DNA of 63,561 bases, filler included, from Octopus bimaculoides (taxonomy: Eukaryota), in the NCBI RefSeq assembly GCF_001194135.2. It is 7 parts of 7 records of this genome, joined end to end, with 100 filler letters (N's around TTAATTAATTAA, not from the genome) between each part and the next. Parts side by side here need not be neighbours in the genome. Positions count along the whole stretch, not along the records: positions 25,424 to 42,408 come from NC_069003.1; positions 42,509 to 54,285 come from NC_068984.1; 5 more parts are not named here. One strand, given 5' to 3'. The notes beneath the pieces are model-generated. The model made no database searches. It worked only from the letters and a program-made list of their open reading frames with translations, and was not told where the DNA came from. The translations under genes and the position numbers were made by a program. Below are positions 35,516-47,117 of the stretch, piece by piece; positions within the stretch are counted from its first letter, which is position 1; every line of letters starts with the position of its first letter.

Positions 35516-36451
35516 GTTATCGCCAAGCCAACATGGCAGTCCCAAAATTAGGACGAAAGCTGCCGTGAATTAGCTCCAAGAAGCCATCGTCTCTAGCTAG
35601 CTATGTGACACACGAAACCTGTGTCCTTTATANNNNNNNNNNNNNNNNNNNNNNNNNNNNNNNNNNNNNNNNNNNNNNNNNNNNNNNNNNNNNNNNNNNN
35701 NNNNNNNNNNNNNNNNNNNNNNNNNNNNNNNNNNNNNNNNNNNNNNNNNNNNNNNNNNNNNNNNNNNNNNNNNNNNNNNNNNNNNNNNNNNNNNNNNNNN
35801 NNNNNNNNNNNNNNNNNNNNNNNNNNNNNNNNNNNNNNNNNNNNNNNNNNNNNNNNNNNNNNNNNNNNNNNNNNNNNNNNNNNNNNNNNNNNNNNNNNNN
35901 NNNNNNNNNNNNNNNNNNNNNNNNNNNNNNNNNNNNNNNNNNNNNNNNNNNNNNNNNNNNNNNNNNNNNNNNNNNNNNNNNNNNNNNNNNNNNNNNNNNN
36001 NNNNNNNNNNNNNNNNNNNNNNNNNNNNNNNNNNNNNNNNNNNNNNNNNNNNNNNNNNNNNNNNNNNNNNNNNNNNNNNNNNNNNNNNNNNNNNNNNNNN
36101 NNNNNNNNNNNNNNNNNNNNNNNNNNNNNNNNNNNNNNNNNNNNNNNNNNNNNNNNNNNNNNNNNNNNNNNNNNNNNNNNNNNNNNNNNNNNNNNNNNNN
36201 NNNNNNNNNNNNNNNNNNNNNNNNNNNNNNNNNNNNNNNNNNNNNNNNNNNNNNNNNNNNNNNNNNNNNNNNNNNNNNNNNNNNNNNNNNNNNNNNNNNN
36301 NNNNNNNNNNNNNNNNNNNNNNNNNNNNNNNNNNNNNNNNNNNNNNNNNNNNNNNNNNNNNNNNNNNNNNNNNNNNNNNNNNNNNNNNNNNNNNNNNNNN
36401 NNNNNNNNNNNNNNNNNNNNNNNNNNNNNNNNNNNNNNNNNNNNNNNNNNN

Positions 36452-36487
<36 letters not shown>

Positions 36488-36835
36488 CCCCAACATCGCT
36501 TGACATGCGATGCTGGTGTGTTTACGTCCCCGTAACTTAGCGGTTCGGCAAAAAGAGACCGATAGAATAAGTACTAGGCTTACAAAGAATAAGTCCTGGA
36601 TCGATTTGCTCGACTAAAAAAAAGGCGGTGCTTTAGCATAGCCGCAGTCAAATGACTGAAATAAGTAAAAGAATAAAAGAATATGAGATCATCGTGTCAC
36701 GCACATATGGTTGTGATGCATGTGCCTGGTGTACCCTTATCAGACGGGTAGTCATGATGGGTATAATGGGCTTCGTATATTTTACCCCAGTGTCACTTTT
36801 ATGGCATGCACTACTCTCTTACTCAATAATAATAA
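34946..36835 (+). mobile_element. Family E near-complete copy interrupted by a SINE B
   Basis: Starts after (AAT)n with atgccctgatgcagtaccaggcag, breaks at gctgtttattttgata (~35314), resumes tgagatc..(~36678) and ends ctctctcttactcaataataat. Confidence 0.8.
35316..36677 (+). mobile_element. SINE family B nested in family E, spanning gap 35633-36451
   Basis: Intact head gcaggagtgactgtgttgtaag..ccactgcgtggcaccttgggcaa, and intact 3' half after the gap ending aagtaaaagaataaaagaa. Confidence 0.85.
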
Positions 36836-36845
36836 TATGTACATG

Positions 36846-37324
36846 ACTTGTTTTGGTATAAAAGAAGGGCTACAGTAGATATTCTGCTCAATATCACATA
36901 TTTACTTGTCAGTTGCTTGACTTTAACCAGTTGAGAATGTCCCTTGGAGGCAGACGATATGTACATCTCTGATCACGAGCAGAAGTAGTGGGAGAATATC
37001 ATAGCGATGAGTTGGGAGGGAGTCTTTGGCGTTTGAATCATTCACATCTGGAAACATGGGTGTTTCAGTCATAATTCTTGAACAACCCTTATTCAGGAAC
37101 CTTTTGAGCTGGATGGGCGAGTCGACCTGAAAAAAATTCTAACTGGGCCCCACTTGCAAGGTCAAACGCTGTTTATCTTCATATGAGATCACCATATGGT
37201 GCACATACGGTTGTGATGCATATGCCTGTTGTACCCTTATCTGACGGGTAGTTATGATGGGTATATTGGGCTTCGTATATTTGTACCCCAGCGTTTCTTT
37301 GACCGCATGCACTGCTCTCTTAAC

Positions 37325-37335
<11 letters not shown>
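36846..37335 (+). mobile_element. Family E third tandem copy, 5'-truncated
   Basis: ttgttttggtataaaagaagggctacag..ccttttgagctggatgggc..gcatgcactgctctcttaacaataataat. Confidence 0.8.
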
Positions 37336-37359
<24 letters not shown>

Positions 37360-37480
37360 GAAGAAGAAGAAGAAAAAGAAGAAGAAGAAGAAGAAGAAGA
37401 AGAAGAAGAAGAAGAAGAAGAAGAAGAAGAAGAAGAAGAAGAATGATAATAATAATAATAACAACAACAACAACGACAGC
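37323..37480. repeat. (AAT)n-(AAG)n-(AAC)n compound microsatellite
   Basis: Direct reading; long GAA run at ~37358-37443. Confidence 0.97.
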
Positions 37481-37899
37481 GACAACGTTAATATTAATCT
37501 ACTCTATTCATGATTTCATTTGGTTTACATTGTTTTTGTTTTCGTTTTCATTGGCTTATTTTGTTTTTCCTTGCTGTTACTTTTGTTCTTTTTGTTGTTG
37601 CTGTTGTTGTTGTTGTTTATTGCTCAGGTTGAGTTGATTATTTTGCTATCATTAATATTTTACAAATATTAATGATATCCACCACCACCACTACCACCGC
37701 CATCACCGTCGTCGCCGTCGTTGTCAACATTAATATCAGCGATAGCGTATCATTTTCCGTATCCACATTATCATCCTCCTACTGCATTTACTTCTAACTC
37801 CGCACTCCCTCTCCTCTCTCTCTCTCTCTCTCTCTCTAATCCATCTCCTCTCTCTCCTCTCGCTCTCATTCCTCTCCTCTCCCTCTCACCGTCAGCATC

Positions 37900-37991
37900 A
37901 TCGTTATCATCGTCATCGTAATCAACTTTATACTGATGATCATCATCATCGTCATCATTACCATCATCATCATCATCATCATCACCACCAC

Positions 37992-38029
<38 letters not shown>

Positions 38030-38160
38030 CTCCCGTCATCACCCTTGTCATTATCACTGTTACCAGCATCGTCGTATTCATCACCGTCGCCGTCATCTTC
38101 ATCATTACCATCATCATAATTATCATCATCTCCATGGTCATCATCATCATCAACCTCACA
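37900..38160. repeat. Degenerate (ATC)n tract
   Basis: Direct reading. Confidence 0.9.
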
Positions 38161-38384
38161 CTTATTCTCACTGAATACATTTCTTTATTTTCTCCATATT
38201 TTCAAAGGATTTTACTTTTTGTATTCACTCTTATTGTTGCTGCTGCTGCTGCTACTGCTGCTACTGCTGCTGCTGCCGCTGTTTTTCTAAGATTTCTACT
38301 GTTGATGTGGTTTTTGTTATGATTGTTCTAGAAGTTATTAGTCATGTTGTTGTTGTTGATGGTGTTACCGTTGTCTTTTATCTT

Positions 38385-38568
38385 GAATTTGTTTCAGTCA
38401 TTAGGCTGTGGCCATGCTGGGGCATCGCCTTAAAGATTTCTTTAGTCGAACGAATCGACACCAGTACTTATTCTATCCATTTTTGCCGAACCGCAAAGTT
38501 ACAAACACACTAACACCGGACGCCAAGCGGTGGCGGAGGAACAAACTGGGACACAAAGACACATACAC

Positions 38569-38644
<76 letters not shown>

Positions 38645-38650
38645 ACACAC

Positions 38651-38693
<43 letters not shown>

Positions 38694-38850
38694 CGATGGG
38701 CTTCTCTCACTTTCCGTCTATCAAATCCACTCGCAAGGCTTTAGTCAACTTGAGGCTATTGGAGAAGACACTTGCACAAGGTGCCACGTAGTGGGTCTGA
38801 ACCCGCACCCATGTGGTTGGGAAGCAAGCTTATCACAGGCACGCCTGTGC
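38385..38850 (-). mobile_element. SINE family B, full length with internal (CA)n(TA)n
   Basis: ttgtttcagtcattaggctgtggccatgctggggcatcgcctt..gccgaaccgc.aagttac..gacacttgcacaaggtgccacgtagtgggtctgaacc. Confidence 0.9.
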
Positions 38851-39591
38851 CTTCGTGGAAGTTATTAATATTGTAGTAGTTGTTGATGGTTTAATTATTC
38901 TCGTTGTAGTTCTTGTTACTGTTAAAGTTGTCATTGCTTTTATTGGTATTTCACCTAATTTGGCCTATTCAATGGCGAGTCGATCCATTCATTTCATACA
39001 TAATATTTCTAGGAAATATGCATGTCCTCATTGACGACGTTTAATCCCAGCTCAGCCATGATCTAGCAAACCCGAAAGGAAAGGTGTTCTGGCCATAACC
39101 ACGACCACATTATCCAATCCATGCGTTCATTTTGAAAACGTTGTACTGTCATTTGAAGGTGTGCTACTATTTCAAGCATATTGAGCCACCGCTCTCACGT
39201 TCGCTCACTCGCTCATATATTTTTTGTTTTTTGTTGTTTTTTTTGTATTTTATTTTGTTGTAGGTCAACTCTGCTCGAGCAGATTTGTGATCAAAGGCTT
39301 TTCATTCTGTTTTACATTTTACTTTCTGTTTCGTTTTCCAGTTATTATATGTGTCTCTATCTAGGGTTATATCCCTCAATGCATCCCGAGTCTTGTAAAC
39401 AACGTAAGCCGTAATTTCTGGGAGATTCTGTTGCTATTTCTTGCACTTGTTCCACTTTCATTGTGGCTGTTCTTGTTTCCAGCATTCCTGTTATTTCATA
39501 TCTTTAAAAAAAGAAAAAACAAAAAAACAAAACGATTATTTTATTATCATTACCATCATCATCGTCCTCCTCCTCCTCCTCCTCATCATCA

Positions 39592-39658
<67 letters not shown>

Positions 39659-39789
39659 CAGAGGAAGGAGGAGGAGAAGGTCAAGGTAGAGAGTCAATTA
39701 GTTGCGTTATTCAATATCTTAACAGCAAATTGCCTCGAATTTAATGACATGTTAAATACGACCAATATTTTAAATGTGCTTTAATCATG

Positions 39790-39990
39790 AGAGGGGGCGG
39801 CAGCGTCGGCAACTGCGGCAGCGGTGACAGCGGCGGCAACGGCGGCAGTGGCAGCAGCGGCAGCCGCAGCGTCGACAGCGGTAGCGGCGGCAACGGCAGC
39901 GGCGGTGGTGGCGGCAAAGGCAGTGACAGTGACGCTGGTGCTGGTTGTTGGTAGGGTTATTGTCGGCGGTGTGATGGTTGTTGTGGTAGT
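39790..39990. repeat. GC-rich degenerate (GGC/GCA)n low-complexity tract
   Basis: Direct reading; source of the poly-Ala/Thr pseudo-ORFs. Confidence 0.85.
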
Positions 39991-40238
39991 GTTCACATTG
40001 GTATTCATTACTTGATCCAACCAACGCAGTTGGTAACGTGCGTGGTGGTGTTTTATCGTTCTGAGGTAACAACGTCCTTCGCTTTTCACATACAATTCTT
40101 CAACAGAAGTCAAACAATAACGACGATAACAATGACAATGTCACCGTGCCACAGACACAGTTATTAGGAGAAATTCTGAGATGGGTGGGGGGGAGATTTG
40201 AGGACAGTGTGATGAGGGAAAGAGGAATGCATAAAATA

Positions 40239-41002
40239 CGAGGTGGTATCAAAAAGTTCCCGGACTTGTTATGTTTAATAAGAAATAACTTACTTATGTA
40301 AGTTTTAACATCATCTGTTTCGAAATAGTCACCTTGCGCGGCAATATATCGGTCCCAGCGTCCCTGCCACTTTTGAAATCAAGCCTGGAAATCGTTTTTC
40401 GTAAGTGATTCATTCTGGATATCGACAACGGTGTTAAAATGGCGACCTTTGAGCTGTATTTTCATCTTCGGAAAGAAATGGAAGTCCACAGATGTTAAAT
40501 CTGGCGAATATGGTGGATGTGGAAGCGATACCATGTTCTTTTTGGTGAGAAACTCACGAGTGAGGATAGCTCGGGGACAAGGTGCTTTGCCATCGTGAAG
40601 AATTCAATTTTTCACGCTCCACAGATTCGGTCGCTTCCGACAAATGTCCTCCTTCAAACGCTTCAAGTCTTCCAGGGACGTTCTTCTGCTTTTGAAGCGC
40701 CCGTGCCACTCGAAACATTGTGTACGACCTATTGCCCCATCGCCGTAAGCTTGCCGAAACATGCTCAATGACTCTGCAGTACACTTCCCAAGTTTAACGT
40801 AAATTTTCACGTTGGCTCTTTGTTCCTGTCCATGACAAAATCACAGACTATAGCACACACGTGATCACAAAAACACAAATTTCACAACTTGCAAAATAGA
40901 CCTCATAAAGGGCGTTGCTAACTCTCACTGCGCACGCAACCGCATGTTGGCTTCTGTTGGTGCGCTACAGAACTAGTCTTGTAACTCTGTGATAGCACCT
41001 CT
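40239..41002 (-). mobile_element. Internally deleted mariner transposon, copy 2 (same family as 2921-3759)
   Basis: TIR cgaggtggtatcaaaaagttcccggacttgtt, TA at 40237-40238 and 41003-41004. Encodes MKIYVKLGK..GRTQCFEWHGRFKSRRTSLED joined to LKRLKEDICRKRPNLWSVKN*ILHDGKAPC. Confidence 0.93.
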
Positions 41003-41157
41003 TAATGCAGGCAAGTTGCAAGAATGATATAATGTATATATTTATATATATATATATATATATATATNNNNNNNNNNNNNNNNNNNNNNNNNNNNNNNNN
41101 NNNNNNNNNNNNNNNNNNNNNNNNNNNNNNNNNNNNNNNNNNNNNNNNNNNNNNNNN

Positions 41158-41205
<48 letters not shown>

Positions 41206-41931
41206 ACCCCCATCTAGACATTGGCTGGTAAAACCATCCACTCTCCGAATGGTGGTCTACTGTTCAGTAACAGTCCAACGGACGGGCATCCAAAGTATTT
41301 TCTGTTTACCAAAACTTTTTCGCAATGACTTACTGGATCCGAGACTGATAAAATAGAAAGGAACATATACGAAGGCAATGCATAGTTGGAATTAACTCGA
41401 AACTACGTGATTGTTGAGCGAATTTGTAAACTCCTTAATCAACACCGCCATTTCTTCTACCCATTTGTGCGATGTATTCATTTAACGACGCCATGTTTTA
41501 ATACTTAAAAACATTCGATTTATTTCATTGTTGTTTCCTTTTTGGTAAAATATCACGTAACAAATTTGTAGTATATCGTTTCGTATTTTTCGTTGGACAG
41601 TTCACGGCTTTGATGGAAGTGTTGCGACAGATGCTTGGCCAAATTGACACACAAAGGAGACATAAAATGAAGATGGAGACAGTTCCTACACAAAAGTAAG
41701 CGACCAAATCGATTTCTATAAATTTTATGTTTCTGATCTATTTTATTTCATTGTTTGTTCGTTGGGGTACTAAAGACAATCCTTCACAGTGCGGTACAAA
41801 AACTTTCATGAAGAACACATCGAACATCAAAACGTATCTATGGAACTTGACAATTCCTCTGGCATACAGTTTCTCTACTGTGATTCTTGTGATCTTATAT
41901 TACTCCAAGGCTGATGCCATTACGAAATCTT

Positions 41932-42140
41932 TAATCTTTTGCTTGTTTCAATCGTTGGACTGTGTCCATGCTGGAGCGCCGCCTTGAAAGATTTTTTATC
42001 AATACAAATCGGCGCCAATACTTTATCTTTGTTAAGCCTGCTACTTATTCTGTCGGTGCCATTTGTGTCATTTACCGAACTGTTTGCTTACAGGGACGCA
42101 AACGAACCAACACTGGTTATCAAGCGGAGGGAAGAGAGAG
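41932..42140 (-). mobile_element. SINE family B 3' half
   Basis: cttgtttcaatcgttggactgtgtccatgctggagcgccgcctt..tacttattctgtcggt..aacactggttatcaagcgg followed by (CA)n. Confidence 0.85.
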
Positions 42141-42146
42141 AAACAC

Positions 42147-42232
<86 letters not shown>

Positions 42233-43346
42233 GTTTTAGGGAAAAGAACCAAGGTTCATGAACTCATCGATGAAAATCCACTGTCACATAGAAAAACTAA
42301 TAATTAAAAGCACAATAAATGAGTATAATATAATACAAAGTAAATATCATAAGATAAAGATAATATTATCTTTATCTTATGGTATTTACTTTGTATTATA
42401 TTATACTCNNNNNNNNNNNNNNNNNNNNNNNNNNNNNNNNNNNNNNNNNNNNTTAATTAATTAANNNNNNNNNNNNNNNNNNNNNNNNNNNNNNNNNNNN
42501 NNNNNNNNCGCGATGAGGCACGAACCCGAGAGAGACAAAGTGGTGCGTCCGTTGCTTGGCGAAAGCCAAGGAAGGAAAGGATTATTGACCGGAAGCATGT
42601 GACCATGCCGGTAGAGAGAGTGGTAGAGGGAGAAACAAAGGGAGGAAGTAGAAGAATAGGTGAGCAACAGGGGAAAAGAGAAAGAGAGGAAATACGAGGG
42701 GGAAAAAAGAGGTACGTAGTAGTAACAGAGGAAGAACGAGAGGGGTAAAGCGAGATACGTAGTAGTAAAGAGGAAGAACGAGAGATATATATATTTATCT
42801 ATATATTTATATGCACACATATAATATATATTATATACACGTATATATATATTATTTATATACACACACACGTATATATATATATTTATATACATACGGA
42901 GTATTACTATGGTTGGAGTTAGCTCGCCCATAGTAACTTATATCTTTTCGAAACGGCCGTAAGACTATATACATAGATTTTATGCATATTTCAGATTCCT
43001 TATGAATCATTTTACATTCGCTTTATCCTCCTCTTCCTTGATTCAAATTCGAACATTCGGATATTTATGGACTTATATTTTGATATATCTATATTTATGA
43101 ATTTTTATGTGTTTATAAATTTTTATATGTCTATGAATTTTTATATATTTATAAATTTTCGTGTATATGTATGTATTTATAAATTATTAAAAATTTGTTA
43201 TATATCATATAAATGAATGCATCTATGTATGTATTTTGTATACCATTGAGAATTTCGTTAATATGGATTGAGTGAATATATACATCGACATTTGAATTTG
43301 TTTTCTCTCCTCCTTAATTCTATATATTTATATACATATATATATT

Positions 43347-43388
<42 letters not shown>

Positions 43389-44210
43389 NNNNNNNNNNNN
43401 NNNNNNNNNNNNNNNNNNNNNNNNNNNNNNNNNNNNNNNNNNNNNNNNNNNNNNNNNNNNNNNNNNNNNNNNNNNNNNNNNNNNNNNNNNNNNNNNNNNN
43501 NNNNNNNNNNNNNNNNNNNNNNNNNNNNNNNNNNNNNNNNNNNNNNNNNNNNNNNNNNNNNNNNNNNNNNNNNNNNNNNNNNNNNNNNNNNNNNNNNNNN
43601 NNNNNNNNNNNNNNNNNNNNNNNNNNNNNNNNNNNNNNNNNNNNNNNNNNNNNNNNNNNNNNNNNNNNNNNNNNNNNNNNNNNNNNNNNNNNNNNNNNNN
43701 NNNNNNNNNNNNNNNNNNNNNNNNNNNNNNNNNNNNNNNNNNNNNNNNNNNNNNNNNNNNNNNNNNNNNNNNNNNNNNNNNNNNNNNNNNNNNNNNNNNN
43801 NNNNNNNNNNNNNNNNNNNNNNNNNNNNNNNNNNNNNNNNNNNNNNNNNNNNNNNNNNNNNNNNNNNNNNNNNNNNNNNNNNNNNNNNNNNNNNNNNNNN
43901 NNNNNNNNNNNNNNNNNNNNNNNNNNNNNNNNNNNNNNNNNNNNNNNNNNNNNNNNNNNNNNNNNNNNNNNNNNNNNNNNNNNNNNNNNNNNNNNNNNNN
44001 NNNNNNNNNNNNNNNNNNNNNNNNNNNNNNNNNNNNNNNNNNNNNNNNNNNNNNNNNNNNNNNNNNNNNNNNNNNNNNNNNNNNNNNNNNNNNNNNNNNN
44101 NNNNNNNNNNNNNNNNNNNNNNNNNNNNNNNNNNNNNNNNNNNNNNNNNNNNNNNNNNNNNNNNNNNNNNNNNNNNNNNNNNNNNNNNNNNNNNNNNNNN
44201 NNNNNNNNNN

Positions 44211-44263
<53 letters not shown>

Positions 44264-44312
44264 CACACATATATATATATATATATACATACATATATAC
44301 ATATATACATAT

Positions 44313-44346
<34 letters not shown>

Positions 44347-44582
44347 TCATATATATATGTTTATATATATATGTGTATATGTATATATATACATACATGT
44401 AAATATATACGGGTGTGTGTTTGCATACCTTTGTACATTTATGCATATATGTATATATATGCATGTATATATATATATATATATATATGTGTATGTATAT
44501 ATGTTTCTATATACACACAGACACACGCGCACACACACATTTACACACACACATACACACGCACACATATAGCTGGAACGCA

Positions 44583-44621
<39 letters not shown>

Positions 44622-44722
44622 TATATGAGATGCGTTCCAGCTGCTAGGAGCAGGTAGACACAGAAGAGAGAATAATAGTTCAAAAATTCGTAGATACATG
44701 CACGTGTAAGGAAGAAGAGAAG

Positions 44723-44777
<55 letters not shown>

Positions 44778-45354
44778 NNNNNNNNNNNNNNNNNNNNNNN
44801 NNNNNNNNNNNNNNNNNNNNNNNNNNNNNNNNNNNNNNNNNNNNNNNNNNNNNNNNNNNNNNNNNNNNNNNNNNNNNNNNNNNNNNNNNNNNNNNNNNNN
44901 NNNNNNNNNNNNNNNNNNNNNNNNNNNNNNNNNNNNNNNNNNNNNNNNNNNNNNNNNNNNNNNNNNNNNNNNNNNNNNNNNNNNNNNNNNNNNNNNNNNN
45001 NNNNNNNNNNNNNNNNNNNNNNNNNNNNNNNNNNNNNNNNNNNNNNNNNNNNNNNNNNNNNNNNNNNNNNNNNNNNNNNNNNNNNNNNNNNNNNNAAAAA
45101 AAAAAAAAAAAAAAAAACAACAAAAAATCGTGCATGACAAATAAAAGCTAAAAGAGAAACAAGTAAAAGAAAAGAACACATGAGGGAAAAATAAATAAAA
45201 ACAATCACTGTTTGGAGAAAGAGGAACAGCAGAAAGAAGAACAAGAGAGTTAGTTTCAGTATATTGTATGAATCTAGGACCACCTTTGTTGTTTTGCATA
45301 CGTAGAAAACGTTCAGCTATGTTACATCAAACTGTCTGCTAGAAATGTGCACAA

Positions 45355-45520
45355 GGCATAGCCGCGTAGTTAAGACGTTCGCTTCACAATCACATTACAT
45401 GGCACCTTGGGAAAGTGGTTACTCTTATGATCTCGGGTTGATCGTTCATCGTAAGAAGAACTGGGTAGATGGAAACAATGCAAAGGCTGTCGTATATGTA
45501 CTTCGTTTGATGCCTTTAAC
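45355..45520 (+). mobile_element. SINE family B 5' half, degenerate
   Basis: atggcaccttgggaaagtg..ctcgggttgatcg..ggtagatggaaac..aaggctgtcgtatat. Confidence 0.6.
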
Positions 45521-45714
45521 ACATGCCACTAATATATGTATTGAGCACTTTTTACTCTCTGTGTGTGCGTGTGTGTGCATGTGTCTATCCTGTGTTTTGT
45601 GTTTATGTTTACACCTGTAAACTGGAGTTATGATTCGGTATAGAACTGATTGAAATAAATATGATCGGGGTCGGTGCAATAATTAGATACCTTGCAGTAT
45701 CTAGTAACGGCTCT

Positions 45715-45805
45715 TTACATTAGGAGTTCAAGACCTGCAGAGGCCAACATCGTTTTTTTATTCTGTCGATAAAATAGAGTACCAGTCGAGTACAAGAATG
45801 GTTTA
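45715..45805 (+). mobile_element. SINE family A fragment
   Basis: ggagttcaagacctgcagaggccaac..gtcgataaaatagagtaccagtcgagtac. Confidence 0.6.
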
Positions 45806-46562
45806 TACACCCGTAATGCACCATAGATTGGATGGAATTACGATAATAGAATAAAACTAAAACCTTTGAAGTATCCCGAGTATGTCCACAGTCCAAAGAC
45901 TGAAACCAATGAATGATTAAAAATTTGGCTTAAAAAGACAAGCACAAAGCCTTAGTTGTGACTCTTAAAAACTTCAATCTAGAAATAAAGAGAGAAATAG
46001 AAGTAAGTCATAGGACTTCTGAGTTTATGCTGGTTAAGATGGCGAAAAATATGGACATCTATGCGTGACTTTTGAAAAACACTTTAGGATTTTTAATATA
46101 CATCTTTATAAATTTCTAATTACCTTAACTTAATTTGTGAAAATATAAATACGTTTTGTGGCTATTCAACATTAAATCAGTCTTAATTGAATCGTTGTAA
46201 TTTCAGATATTATCTCATATCTTACGGTTATTATTTCATGTTTTTAGTAAGACATACGGTATTATTCAATGTTCCTGTTTGTATACGAGGAATTGCATTG
46301 AACCAAAACCTTGTTTAGGAGCGGTGGGAATAAAATAGAAAAACAAAAGTATTTAAAAATGAGATTTGTAAATGTGAGCCTATGAATATATACAGGTTAA
46401 CAATTAGGTTCGTAAAATGGTCATTTTTAGATATTTAAGAACTCACAAAACTATCACATTCCCTTATCGATTGTTTTTCATAATAATAGCTATTGTAACT
46501 GCCTGCTATAAAATTCCTATTATAACTGTCTATTAGTGGGTGTCATTACAATGTCTTTCTTA

Positions 46563-46780
46563 AAGGCGGCGAGCTGGTAGAATCGTTAGCACGCCGGGCG
46601 AAATACTTAATGGTATTTCATCTGTCGCTACGTTCTGAGTTCAAATTCCGCCGAGGTCGACTTTGCTTTTTATCCTTTCAGGGTCGATAAATTAAGTACC
46701 AGTCGAGTACTGGGATCTATGAGATCGACTTACACCCTCCCCCAAAATTTCAGGCCATTTGCCTACAATAGAAAGGATTA
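46563..46780 (+). mobile_element. SINE family A, young full-length copy (best in-window reference)
   Basis: aaggcggcgagctggtagaatcgttagcacgccgggcgaaat (A-box), ctgagttcaaattccgccgaggtcgac (B-box), gtcgataaattaagtaccagt, and tail tagaaaggattatt. Confidence 0.95.
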
Positions 46781-47117
46781 TTATGTCTTTCATTATGTGT
46801 TCTTAAATGATAAAAATGAACCGTTCGCAATATAATTGATTTACTTTCAACAAACAACCATTTATCCAACTCTGAAACATAATACATTACGGAAATTTTA
46901 ATAACAGGAATCCGCATGATAGGAAATTCTTTAAATTGACCATTATGAATGTATTTGTCTATGTGTGTGTGTGTATGTATGTATTTGTGTGTATCCATGC
47001 ATATATGTACGTATGTATGTATGCATACATGTATGTGTATGTATGTATGCCTGTGTGTATGTATGTATGTATGTATGTACATACGTACATATGTATGTTT
47101 GTTTGTACGTATGTCTC

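Noticed and set aside
39781-40113. 110-aa Thr/Ala-rich ORF
   Set aside because: Mostly a degenerate GCN/ACN repeat open in several frames on both strands, with no domain or convincing splice context.
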